A DNA stretch of 64,000 nt from Oscillospiraceae bacterium (GCA_018380115.1 JAGZUF010000002.1:110281-174280), one strand, 5' to 3'; positions 1-8,521 are shown, counted from the stretch's first letter. A program made the numbers and translations. Notes: generated from the sequence alone by a model not told the origin.

Positions 1-269
1 GTCATCATAGATAATATGTCCTGTACCGATGCCCGCTTCGCGCAGGCCTGTACACAACCGCTCTGTGATGGCGCCCCGATTCAATGCGCTGACAAATTCG
101 GTTTTATGGCCGAATGATGCATAAACTGCCGCGGCGTTGGCCACCATGCCGCCCATCTGGGCGGACAGCATACGTGCGCCCACTTTCTCTTTTACCGCCG
201 GGAATCGCTGTACTTCATAATATTCATCCAGCGCCACATCCCCCACGAACACCGTGTAGTTCCGTTCCA
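1..269 (-). CDS. PfkB/ribokinase-family carbohydrate kinase, N-terminal part (gene runs off the window start)
   Basis: Minus-strand reading from ATG at 267-269 gives MERNYTVFVGDVALDEYY...GGMVANAAAVYASFG..., a PfkB N-terminal fold with a GG motif. A GGAGGG RBS lies upstream. The ORF is open to the window edge. Confidence 0.6.
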
Positions 270-370
270 TTCTATTGCCCTCCTTCAGCAATATTCTGGA
301 GTTTCTGCACATATCATATCACGAGAAATATACATTTGCAACAAAATTAAATATTTTTTTATAATTTTAT

Positions 371-400
371 TGATTAAATAAACAACATATGTTAACATGT
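371..400 (+). promoter_or_regulatory. Candidate promoter/operator of the ECF operon (TTGATT-N17-TAACAT with a perfect 10-bp palindrome AACATATGTT)
   Basis: AT-rich 110-bp region between divergent genes. Sigma70-like hexamers and an AACATATGTT palindrome sit between them. AAAGGAGG RBS at about 450. Confidence 0.3.
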
Positions 401-462
401 CTACAACAAGGTGCCAAAATAAATGCGCACCGCACACATGTCTATAAAAAGGAGGATTCATC

Positions 463-1095
463 ATGTCACAAATGAAGGGTTCCAAAAGCATCGGTAAAAT
501 GGCGTTTTTCCTGTTGCCGCTGGGCATTGCGGTAAATTTCATCGGTGGACAGGTAGCCCATTTGCTCAATCTGCCTATTTACCTTGATGCCATCGGCACT
601 ATGGTGGTTGCCGCTCTGTGCGGGCCTATTTACAGTGTAGCCACAGCACTCATCACAGGCCTTTTGATGTCCATCACTGCTCCCACCAATCTTATCTACA
701 TTGGCAATTATCTGGCAGTAGGCCTGTTTTCCGGCCTCTTCTCCTATTGGGGTTTCTTCAAAAATGTCTGGAAATCATGCATTGCGGGCGCCGTAGTAGG
801 CCTGTTCTGCGGCATTGCCGGCTCTACTGTCACTGTAGCTGTGCTGGGCGGCTACAGCGCCAGCATCCGCGGTATCATCACCGCTTTTCTTGCCCAGACG
901 TTTTCTCTGTCCATCCCGGTAGCTAATATGCTGTCCGAAATATCCACTGACATTTTGGATAAAATCCCTTCCGCTATCATCACTTACCTGCTGGTATTCC
1001 GCATTCCTAATAAATTCCTTTTGAAGCTGCCCTATGGCAATAAATATATATGGGGCGTAAAAAGGGATGGGGCAAAAGCGGAACAGACAAAATAA
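463..1095 (+). CDS. ECF transporter substrate-specific (S) component, substrate unknown
   Basis: 210 aa, five to six hydrophobic helices, a glycine-rich small membrane protein immediately upstream of ecfT/ecfA/ecfA'. RBS AAAGGAGG. Confidence 0.7.
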   Translation: MSQMKGSKSIGKMAFFLLPLGIAVNFIGGQVAHLLNLPIYLDAIGTMVVAALCGPIYSVATALITGLLMSITAPTNLIYIGNYLAVGLFSGLFSYWGFFKNVWKSCIAGAVVGLFCGIAGSTVTVAVLGGYSASIRGIITAFLAQTFSLSIPVANMLSEISTDILDKIPSAIITYLLVFRIPNKFLLKLPYGNKYIWGVKRDGAKAEQTK

Positions 1096-1174
1096 AACAA
1101 CCGAAAGCCTTGCGGAGCCGGCCCTGCATGATTTCTGCGGGCCGGTCCCATAATGCGGTAACAGGGTGTGAACT

Positions 1175-1960
1175 ATGAATACTGAATTTATCGATTCCTT
1201 CCGCAGGCCCAAGCTGCATGGCAACTTTATCATGGACCTGAACCCCTTTTCCAAACTGAACCTGTGCGCGCTGATTGCCGCCTTTGCAGGGCTGGCGGGC
1301 GGAGTAGCCTCTTCCGTAGCCGCTATTCTTTTGTACCTTGCCATCACGGCTGCCGCAGGGTGCCTGAAAAAATTCTGGGGTCTGTTCTGGAAAGTGGGCG
1401 CACTTTTATTTTTCTTTATTTTCCTCATTCGGTCGGCTTTCTGGCCCGGCACCACGCTTTTGTTTGAGTGGTGGATCGTGCACTGGACAGTGGAAGGCAT
1501 GCAAAACGGCCTATGGTTCGCCCTGCTGGTAATACAGATATGCGGCGCAGTAATGCTGTTTTATAACATCACTCCCATGAAAGACCTGATGTATGCCATC
1601 GAAATGTTGGGTGTTTCCCACTCGGCGTCATTTGTAGTGCTTTCTGCCATGCAGACCATCACAGACCTTGGCAAGACGGCAAATGTTATCATGGATTCAC
1701 AAAGTGCGCGCGGCATTGAGACATCCGGCGGGCTAAAAACCCGTTTCAAGGCATTCATCCCCATTCTGGGGCCGCTTGTTCTGGGTGCCATTGGTTCTAC
1801 GGAAGAAAAGACCATCGCTATGGAAACGCGTGCCTTTTCTTCCCACAAGCATACCACTCATATCTATGAGCTGCGCAAGACGCCGCTTTGGGAAAAGGCC
1901 GGGTGCATCCTGCTGGATATCGCCTTTGTGGCAGCCCTGGTGTGGAGGATAGCAGCATGA
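1175..1960 (+). CDS. ecfT: ECF transporter transmembrane component EcfT (CbiQ family)
   Basis: 261-aa polytopic membrane protein with CbiQ-like organisation. Its stop overlaps the ecfA start (ATGA). Confidence 0.85.
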   Translation: MNTEFIDSFRRPKLHGNFIMDLNPFSKLNLCALIAAFAGLAGGVASSVAAILLYLAITAAAGCLKKFWGLFWKVGALLFFFIFLIRSAFWPGTTLLFEWWIVHWTVEGMQNGLWFALLVIQICGAVMLFYNITPMKDLMYAIEMLGVSHSASFVVLSAMQTITDLGKTANVIMDSQSARGIETSGGLKTRFKAFIPILGPLVLGAIGSTEEKTIAMETRAFSSHKHTTHIYELRKTPLWEKAGCILLDIAFVAALVWRIAA

Positions 1961-2802
1961 ACAGCATTATATTATCAAACATTACCTACCGTTATCCGCT
2001 TACAGATTTCGATGCCCTGCACGATGTCAGTTTCTGCTTTGAAGAGGGTAAATTTTACGGCGTTATCGGGCCGAACGGCGCAGGCAAAACAACGCTTTGC
2101 AGCCTTGTAAAAGGGCTGATCCCGGGCTTCTTTCAGGGCGAATTGACAGGTGATGTGCAGATACTGGGCAAGCGTATGGAAAGCTGGGATGAAAGTGAGC
2201 TCACCTCACGCGTGGGCTATATCTTTCAAAACCCTTTCACGCAAATCAGCGGCGTAAAAGATACTGTGTTCGAAGAAATCGCCATCGGCCTTGAAAACCT
2301 GCGCATGCCCAAGGAAGAGATCATTGCGCGTGTAGTAGACATCGTGCGCCTCATCGGCATTGAGGATCTCATTGAACTGAACCCGAACGAACTGTCCGGC
2401 GGGCAGCGCCAGCGTGTGGCCTTCGCCTCGATACTTGCCATGGACTGTGATATCTATGTTATCGACGAGCCCACTTCCCAGCTGGACCCGGATGGCACGG
2501 AAAAGGTGTTCCAAATTATTTCCGCCCTGAAGGCCCAGAAGAAGACTGTTATTCTGGTAGAGCACAAAATAGATCTTCTGGCCCAATATGCGGACGAGAT
2601 TCTTGTAATGGAAAAGGGGGCTGTTCTAAAAAGCGGCCCTACTGCCGAGGTATTGTCAGACCTCTCGCTGCTGGAACACGAAGTAGCTCTGCCTCAGACA
2701 GTGCTGTTTGCGCGCGATATGGCTGTGGCGGGCAAAGCCCTGCATGGCACACCCATCACGCTGGAGCAGGCACGGCGCCTTGTGCTTGAAAGGGGGCAGT
2801 GA
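1957..2802 (+). CDS. ecfA: ECF transporter ATPase EcfA (ABC ATPase)
   Basis: Walker A GPNGAGKTT, signature LSGGQRQRVAFA, Walker B IYVIDEPTSQLD, H-loop VEHK. Start ATG 1957 overlaps the ecfT stop. The 23 upstream in-frame codons in the ORF track lack an RBS. Confidence 0.9.
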   Translation: MNSIILSNITYRYPLTDFDALHDVSFCFEEGKFYGVIGPNGAGKTTLCSLVKGLIPGFFQGELTGDVQILGKRMESWDESELTSRVGYIFQNPFTQISGVKDTVFEEIAIGLENLRMPKEEIIARVVDIVRLIGIEDLIELNPNELSGGQRQRVAFASILAMDCDIYVIDEPTSQLDPDGTEKVFQIISALKAQKKTVILVEHKIDLLAQYADEILVMEKGAVLKSGPTAEVLSDLSLLEHEVALPQTVLFARDMAVAGKALHGTPITLEQARRLVLERGQ

Positions 2803-2805
2803 ACC

Positions 2806-3600
2806 TTGGACTGCATTGAATTCAAAAACGCCTCGTTCTGTTATCCAAACGGCACCTTGGCCAATGAAGAGCTGAACCTGCATATCGGGCAGGGCGAGCG
2901 CGTAGCCATTATAGGTCAAAACGGCGCAGGCAAAACAACAGCCGTTAAAATGATGAACGGCCTGCACAAACCTACGCAGGGCGACGTAATTGTAAATGGT
3001 ATAAACACCAAAGAGCGCACCACAGCACAGATCTCTCACATGGTGGGCTATGTGTTCCAAAACCCAGATGACCAAATTTTTAACACCACTGTGCGTGCAG
3101 AGCTGGAGTTCTGGCCCCGGTATCAGAAGCTTTCGCCAGAGGATATGAACGCGCGCGTGGCGCGCGCCGCGGAGATGACAGGCATAGGCCAGTATATGGA
3201 GCTGAACCCTTATGAGATCCCTTATTCCACCAAAAAATTCGTATCCATTGCTGCCATTCTTGCAGTGCAGACGCCTTATCTTGTTCTGGACGAGCCCACT
3301 GCCGGGCAGGACACACACGGTGTGAACTGCCTTGTGCATATTATGGATACCCTTCGCAGCGAGGGCAAAGGTGTTATCGTCATCACACACGACATGGAAT
3401 TTGTAGCACGCAATTTTGAGCGCGTGGTGGTAATGGCGCACCGTCATATCATAGCTGACGGCTCTGTGCGCGAAGTATTTCAAAATGATGCTGTATTGCA
3501 TGCGGCAGCTATTCAGAAGCCGCAAATGGGCCAGCTGGCTTCCAGTTTGGGCCATCCGGATATTCTGTACAGCGAAGACCTCGTAAAAGTGCTGCATTGA
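2806..3600 (+). CDS. ECF transporter ATPase EcfA' with a degenerate signature (C-loop) motif
   Basis: Walker A GQNGAGKTT, Walker B YLVLDEPTAGQD, H-loop ITHD. The position of LSGGQ reads YSTKKFVSIAAILA. TTG start 4 nt after the ecfA stop. Confidence 0.85.
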   Translation: MDCIEFKNASFCYPNGTLANEELNLHIGQGERVAIIGQNGAGKTTAVKMMNGLHKPTQGDVIVNGINTKERTTAQISHMVGYVFQNPDDQIFNTTVRAELEFWPRYQKLSPEDMNARVARAAEMTGIGQYMELNPYEIPYSTKKFVSIAAILAVQTPYLVLDEPTAGQDTHGVNCLVHIMDTLRSEGKGVIVITHDMEFVARNFERVVVMAHRHIIADGSVREVFQNDAVLHAAAIQKPQMGQLASSLGHPDILYSEDLVKVLH

Positions 3601-3632
3601 AAAAGATATTACAGGAAGAAGCGGTTTTACTT

Positions 3633-4367
3633 ATGAGACAACATAACTTTTTATCATTATTTTCCAGGAAAAAACCCATCCTTGCCATGCTGCATCTGCG
3701 CGGCGGAAGCCGCCAGGAAAAGTACGAACACGCCCTGCTGGAGGCAGGCCAGCTTATCGGCGGCGGCGCAGATGCTGTGATTGTGGAAAACTATTTTGGA
3801 GATTATGAGGACATGGAAACGGTGCTGGAGGCCTTTTCCCGTGAGAAGGTGGACTTTGTCTATGGGGTGAATGCCCTGCACAATGATGCCCTTGGTTTTG
3901 AGTTTGCAAAGAAATATGGCGCGGGCTTCATTCAGCTGGATTCTGTAGCCGGGCATCTTACGCCCGAAGAGGATGCCTCCTTTGGCGAGGCCATTGCCAA
4001 ATGGCGGGCAGGTTACAGCGGTTTTGTCATTGGCGGCGTACGTTTCAAGTATCAGCCGTACCGTTCCGGCCGTACACTGGAAGATGACCTCCGCATCGGT
4101 ATGAGCCGCTGCGATGCCATTGCTGTCACAGGCGAAGGCACCGGCAAAACTACTCCCATGGAAAAGATACGCCAGTTCCGCAATATCATGGGTGATTTTC
4201 CCCTTGTAGTGGGGGCCGGCATGACCCCCGACACCTGTGCCGAACAATTCTCTGTGGCAGATGCAGCTATCGTTGGCAGTTATTTCAAGCAGGGATATCT
4301 TGATGACGGCTATGTAGAGCCCGCGCATGTACGCATCTTTATGCGTGCGGTGGAACAGTGCCGCTGA
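3633..4367 (+). CDS. BtpA/SgcQ-family TIM-barrel protein (function unknown), last gene of the ECF operon
   Basis: KPILAMLHLRGGS ... VVGAGMTPD matches the BtpA family (PF03437-like). An alternative TTG start at 3597 overlaps the ecfA' stop (TTGA), suggesting translational coupling. Confidence 0.75.
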   Translation: MRQHNFLSLFSRKKPILAMLHLRGGSRQEKYEHALLEAGQLIGGGADAVIVENYFGDYEDMETVLEAFSREKVDFVYGVNALHNDALGFEFAKKYGAGFIQLDSVAGHLTPEEDASFGEAIAKWRAGYSGFVIGGVRFKYQPYRSGRTLEDDLRIGMSRCDAIAVTGEGTGKTTPMEKIRQFRNIMGDFPLVVGAGMTPDTCAEQFSVADAAIVGSYFKQGYLDDGYVEPAHVRIFMRAVEQCR

Positions 4368-4384
4368 GTTCTGCTTTCGTTTCT

Positions 4385-4436
4385 GCAAATAGAAACCCGG
4401 CAAGGGAACATCCCTTGCCGGGTTTATTATCTATAT
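4385..4436. terminator. Bidirectional intrinsic terminator between the ECF operon and htrA
   Basis: CCCGGCAAGGGAACATCCCTTGCCGGG perfect hairpin flanked by A/T runs. Confidence 0.6.
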
Positions 4437-4438
4437 CA

Positions 4439-5692
4439 TCAGCCTTCCACGGGCTGGGCCGCGGCACCGGCTGTTTTCTCCTGCAGCGTCACATTCAGGC
4501 TGAACACCTGCTTACCGCGCACCACCTGCACCTCGATGGTGTCTCCCACCTGGTGCTGGTCCAAAACGGCGGTCACATCGCTGGTGCTGGACACCGCTGT
4601 TCCGTCTACGCTTACGAACATATCGCCCACCTTCAGGCCGGCCTTCTCTGCGGCCGAGCCCTCATCCACGCGCTGCACATATACGCCCAGTTGAGACACT
4701 CCTGCCTGCATGGCTGTTTGCAGGTCTGTAATGGCAACCACCTGGATGCCCATGGCCGGGCGCCCGCTGACATAGCCGTTCGCAATAAGCTGCTCTGCCA
4801 CTTCCATGGCGGTATTGATAGGCACGGCAAACCCGATGCCCTCTACATCTGAGCCGCCGGATTTCGCGTTCACGATGCCCACCAGCTCGCCCCTCTCATT
4901 AAACAGGCCGCCGCCGGAATTGCCCGGGCTGACGGCTGCCGACATCTGCAGCAGCGTCATCGTCTGGTTGTTTACGGTAACTTCACGGTCCAGTGCAGAA
5001 ATAATGCCGTCTGTCACCGTGCCGCCAAGCGTACCCAGCGGGTTGCCTACGGCCACAGCCGTCTCGCCCACCACCAGGCCGTCGGAATCGCCGATGACTG
5101 CGGGCGTCAGGCCGCTGGCGTCTATTTTCAGCACGGCGATGTCCGTTTTGTCGTCCGTGCCCACCACAGTGGCGTCATACTGCTGCTTATCGCTGGTGGT
5201 CACCTTCACAGTGCTCTGGCCTTCCACCACATGGTTGTTCGTAAGGATATAGCCGTCCTCCGAAATAATCACGCCGGAGCCCGCCCCGTTCGTGACATAC
5301 TGCGTGAAAATGCCGTTAGTCTGCACCGCCTCCGTGGTTACCTCCACCACGCTGGGGCCCACTTTCTGCGCAATCTGCGCAATACTCATTGCATCGCCGT
5401 TTGCTGCAGTGGTGCTGGCGCTGGCGCCGCTGCCATCCTGCACCGCTTTATATACCACCGGGCCGGACGCCCCTTTGATGAGCGAGGCACCCAGCACACC
5501 GCCGCCAACGCCCGCCAGTGCGCATACCAGCACCAGCGCAACAGCGGCCAGCGCCTTTTTTGTCCCCGCACGTTTTTTCTTCGGCGGCTGTCCGGGCTGT
5601 TCCGGCCCATTCAGCGAAGGGTCCTGCGGAGGTTGTGTATACTGCGGCTGTGCATAGCCGTTCGAATAATCATATTGCCAATTGTTATCCAT
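4439..5692 (-). CDS. htrA: HtrA/DegP-family serine protease with C-terminal PDZ domain (paralog 1)
   Basis: N-terminal TM anchor; catalytic triad contexts TNNHVV / DIAVLKI / GNSGGGL; PDZ-like C-terminus. Confidence 0.9.
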   Translation of the reverse strand: MDNNWQYDYSNGYAQPQYTQPPQDPSLNGPEQPGQPPKKKRAGTKKALAAVALVLVCALAGVGGGVLGASLIKGASGPVVYKAVQDGSGASASTTAANGDAMSIAQIAQKVGPSVVEVTTEAVQTNGIFTQYVTNGAGSGVIISEDGYILTNNHVVEGQSTVKVTTSDKQQYDATVVGTDDKTDIAVLKIDASGLTPAVIGDSDGLVVGETAVAVGNPLGTLGGTVTDGIISALDREVTVNNQTMTLLQMSAAVSPGNSGGGLFNERGELVGIVNAKSGGSDVEGIGFAVPINTAMEVAEQLIANGYVSGRPAMGIQVVAITDLQTAMQAGVSQLGVYVQRVDEGSAAEKAGLKVGDMFVSVDGTAVSSTSDVTAVLDQHQVGDTIEVQVVRGKQVFSLNVTLQEKTAGAAAQPVEG

Positions 5693-5822
5693 AATCCATG
5701 CCTCCCTGGCAGTTAGAGCGGCCTGCGCCTTACGGCCGGCCGGTTTTTCTTTCGTTCTGATATCATCTTATCCGGCGAGTGTGACAAAAATATCATGGAC
5801 AGGTGAAAAAAGCGTGAAACAG

Positions 5823-6357
5823 CATACCCTCAAGTCAGCCCCCCCCCGGCACAGCCTGGGGCTTGCGTAAGCTCTGGAAGGGCATATACCGGCAAGCCTC
5901 TCAAGAGGCGCTGAATTCCCTGTCTCCTGTATTATTTGCTACGCACCCCGTAAACGGGGTGCTTCCCATTACATGCTGCATCTTTTGGGTGTTGAATACC
6001 ATCCCGCTTCGCCCGAAACTGACAGCGAAAGCCTTTTCACTCTCCCCGGCCAGCCGGGGGGCGTTTCGCTAAAGCTGGCCAAATCAAACCCACCGGCTGG
6101 GCCGGTGGGTTTGGCTGACATGATAAGCGCCCGCTGCAGGCATTTCGCGCAAGGCGCGCGAGGGCTTATTTCGCCCGTTCCCCGGCGCTGCAGCCCGCAA
6201 ACGAGCATCCGACAAATTTTCATGTCCGGCCGGCCCGCTGCCGATGGTCCGCTTCGCCCGGTGCCTGAAGCAAGGGCGCCTTTACAGGGCGGGCCAGCCG
6301 GTGGCTTTTTCCTTCCCAAAAAGCGCCACCCCGGCTACGGCCGGGGCGGCAGGGGCT
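5823..6357. repeat. Copy A of a novel ~260-bp GC-rich module arranged as a ~535-bp long imperfect palindrome (left arm 5823-6082, central perfect hairpin 6083-6112, inverted diverged right arm 6113-6357)
   Basis: Nucleotide-level homology to 40645-41195 and 50221-50480. Central hairpin CAAACCCACCGGC-tgg-GCCGGTGGGTTTG. The right arm reverse complement retains the terminal CCCCGGC-N-GCCGGGG hairpin. Confidence 0.6.
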
Positions 6358-7266
6358 TCAGGAAGAGTGAGGCGGCCGCGGTGCGCACTTCTTCTCTATG
6401 CACACCGCCACCGGCGGGTTCCCAGCTTCATGTTCAAACAACCGGATATCCACCTGATACGCCTGCGGGGGCAGAACACGGGCCCATGACAGAACGGCAT
6501 CGCGTTCCGTGGTGCCCTGCAGCCCGCCGGAATAGGCGCATACCGTCAGCGCCCCGCCCCGTACAAGGGCCGCCAGCGCGGCATCCATTGCCGGCAGACT
6601 GCTGCGCGGCGTGGTGAACAGCGCATGGCTGCCGCCCGGAAGATAGCCCAAATTGAACATCACCGCACACGGCCTCCCCTCTTTTTTCAAAATGTCCGCC
6701 AGCCCGGCATGGTCTGCCCTCACAGCGTGCCCGATATGGGCAAGGCCCACGCTTTGCAGGCGCGCGTTGGTGGCGTCCACTGCCTGCTGCTGGATGTCCA
6801 TCGCCAGCACACGCCCCTGCGGCCCCACAGCCCGGCACAGGAACACCGTGTCGTGGCCATTGCCCGCCGTAGCGTCTACGGCAAAGCCGCCCGGCCTGAT
6901 GAATTCGCGCAGAAAGGCGTGGGCACAGGCCACCGCGTTGTCTGCCCCGGCGCGCACCCCGCGGCACAGCACCGGCCCGCCGCCCGCAAACCCGCACCTT
7001 TTCAAAAACGCCTGCGCCGCGGCGCCCTCGGCACGCGCCCAAAGCCCGCGCGGCCCGCCGGCGCACACGCGGCGCAGAAGGAACGTGCCGTATCCCCGGC
7101 CGCGCCATTCCGGCGCGATATATACGGCTTTTATCCACTCGCCCTCGCGCAGGGCGGCGCCGATGGCGGTACCGTCCTTCTCCAGCACCAGGGTGCCGGG
7201 GCAGCCGGAAAGGCCGGCTGCCCGCAGTAACGGCCCGTCCCCCTGCAAAACCTGCCGCACCTGCAT
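6358..7266 (-). CDS. Fusion protein: N-terminal minimal GNAT acetyltransferase domain plus C-terminal YtqB-type (PF06962-like) SAM-dependent methyltransferase
   Basis: GNAT motif A (RGRGYGTFLL); MTase motif I FAVDATAGNGHDTVFL and the characteristic MFNLGYLPGGSH block. GGAGG RBS 7 nt before the ATG at 7266. Confidence 0.7.
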   Translation of the reverse strand: MQVRQVLQGDGPLLRAAGLSGCPGTLVLEKDGTAIGAALREGEWIKAVYIAPEWRGRGYGTFLLRRVCAGGPRGLWARAEGAAAQAFLKRCGFAGGGPVLCRGVRAGADNAVACAHAFLREFIRPGGFAVDATAGNGHDTVFLCRAVGPQGRVLAMDIQQQAVDATNARLQSVGLAHIGHAVRADHAGLADILKKEGRPCAVMFNLGYLPGGSHALFTTPRSSLPAMDAALAALVRGGALTVCAYSGGLQGTTERDAVLSWARVLPPQAYQVDIRLFEHEAGNPPVAVCIEKKCAPRPPHSS

Positions 7267-7385
7267 CTTTCATTCCTCCCCCGCGCCCGTGCCAAGGTGT
7301 GCCGCACACGCCTCCCCTTCAGGCCCAGCCGTACGGCAGCTTCAAAAAAACCTGCGCGGGCACAGGGCCCCGCAGGCTGCCCGGC

Positions 7386-7814
7386 TCACTGCATAGTGCG
7401 CAGAAAGCCGTATCTCTCTTTTACAAAGCCGCGCTTTTCCAAAAATTCCTGGCTGGAGCCGTCCACCTTGCGGCAGGAGGCCGTGATGGCCGCACAGCCC
7501 GCGGCCTTCAGCTGCGTGGTCAGCGTCACCAGCAGCGCCGTGCCCACATTGCGGCGGCGGCGGTCTTCCCTCACGAAGAAGTCCTGTATCACGCCCACCT
7601 TTTTGCCCAACATCAGGCTGTCGCGCTGCTGCGCGTCGGCAAAGCCGACCGCCTCGTCACCCTCCCAGGCAATCAGCAGGCGGCGGGCACCGTCCTCAAG
7701 CGCAAGGGCATAATAGGCGTCAAACACCTCACGCGGCGGTGCCGCGCGGCTGTAAAGGCACACAAGGCCGTACAGCGCAGCTGCATCCTCCAGTCTGGCT
7801 TTTCGTGCCACCAT
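7386..7814 (-). CDS. GNAT-family N-acetyltransferase
   Basis: 142 aa; VREDRRRRNVGTALL acetyl-CoA binding motif. Confidence 0.75.
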   Translation of the reverse strand: MVARKARLEDAAALYGLVCLYSRAAPPREVFDAYYALALEDGARRLLIAWEGDEAVGFADAQQRDSLMLGKKVGVIQDFFVREDRRRRNVGTALLVTLTTQLKAAGCAAITASCRKVDGSSQEFLEKRGFVKERYGFLRTMQ

Positions 7815-7907
7815 ACCCTTTCGCCTCCATTTCCATAGACAACAGCAGCCGGGCGCCGCCGTACAAAAGCAGATAAAACCGCCCCGCGCGGGGCCTGAGG
7901 GGCGCGC

Positions 7908-8519
7908 TTAGAAAGCAGCCATGTGGCCTGTAAAGCCGTAAATAGCCAGCGCCAGAATGCCGATATACAAAAGCGTAATGGGCAGCCCGCGGAACATGGC
8001 GGGGATTTTTTCGCTCTCCAGCCGCTTTTCGCCGCCCATTACCACCACGACGGCCAGCACATAGCCAACACCGCTGCCCAGCGCAAAGCCAAGCGTCTGC
8101 GCAAAGTTGAAATTCTGCACAGAGCTGATGAGCAGCGTGCCCAGAAGGCAGGTGTTGAATGTGGCCATAGGCAGCACTGCCACGGCGCGCCGCGCGCCGT
8201 CCACCCGGAAAATAATCACTGAAAACAGCAGCACCACAAAAAATGCCACCGCTGCGCAGGCCAGGAACACCAGCGGGCGGATATAGTCTCGATAAGGCAG
8301 CTGCGCAATCCATCCGTTGGCGAAGTAGCCCAGCGGCGCGCTGATAAGCTGCACTGCACACAAAAGCGAGCCAAACATCACGGTATCCACCGTGCCGTCG
8401 TCCACCAGCTTCACCACGCGCGAGACGCCCAGCGCGCGGGTGAACACAGCATTCTGTGCAAACACTGCCATCACGGCGTAGGCGAAGAACGAGGCCAGGG
8501 CCTGCAATACTTCCTTCAT
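7908..8519 (-). CDS. rnfA: RnfA/RsxA (NqrE-like) membrane subunit
   Basis: About 200-aa six-TM protein alignable to RnfA (…GVSRVV…MATFNTCLLGT…GFALGSGVGYVLAVV…). Start MKEVLQ at 8519 immediately after the rnfE stop. Confidence 0.8.
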   Translation of the reverse strand: MKEVLQALASFFAYAVMAVFAQNAVFTRALGVSRVVKLVDDGTVDTVMFGSLLCAVQLISAPLGYFANGWIAQLPYRDYIRPLVFLACAAVAFFVVLLFSVIIFRVDGARRAVAVLPMATFNTCLLGTLLISSVQNFNFAQTLGFALGSGVGYVLAVVVVMGGEKRLESEKIPAMFRGLPITLLYIGILALAIYGFTGHMAAF

Positions 8520-8521
8520 GC

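Noticed and set aside
1888-1956. 23-codon N-terminal extension of ecfA shown in the ORF track
   Set aside because: There is no RBS, and the extension lies inside ecfT. The ATG at 1957 overlaps the ecfT stop (ATGA), which is the typical coupled start.
5863-6072. Small ORFs inside the repeated module (5863..6072, 50250..50477, 40769..41047) as possible conserved peptide genes
   Set aside because: Copies A and C share about 14 codons in one frame, then diverge through indels. Copy B is open in a different frame. Conservation is at nucleotide and hairpin level, not reading frame.
5823-6120. Riboswitch or 5'-leader interpretation of the 260-bp module
   Set aside because: Only copy C sits directly 5' of a gene. 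Copy A is oriented away from both neighbours and copy B lies between convergent genes. Neither matches aptamer cores I know. A cis-regulatory leader family is therefore unlikely.
6434-7396. Alternative-frame ORFs (6434..7309 minus, 6653..7396 plus) overlapping the GNAT-MTase gene
   Set aside because: Only the 6358..7266 frame shows GNAT and methyltransferase motifs and a correctly spaced GGAGG RBS. The others are Arg/Ala/Pro-rich frames typical of high-GC antisense or offset reading.
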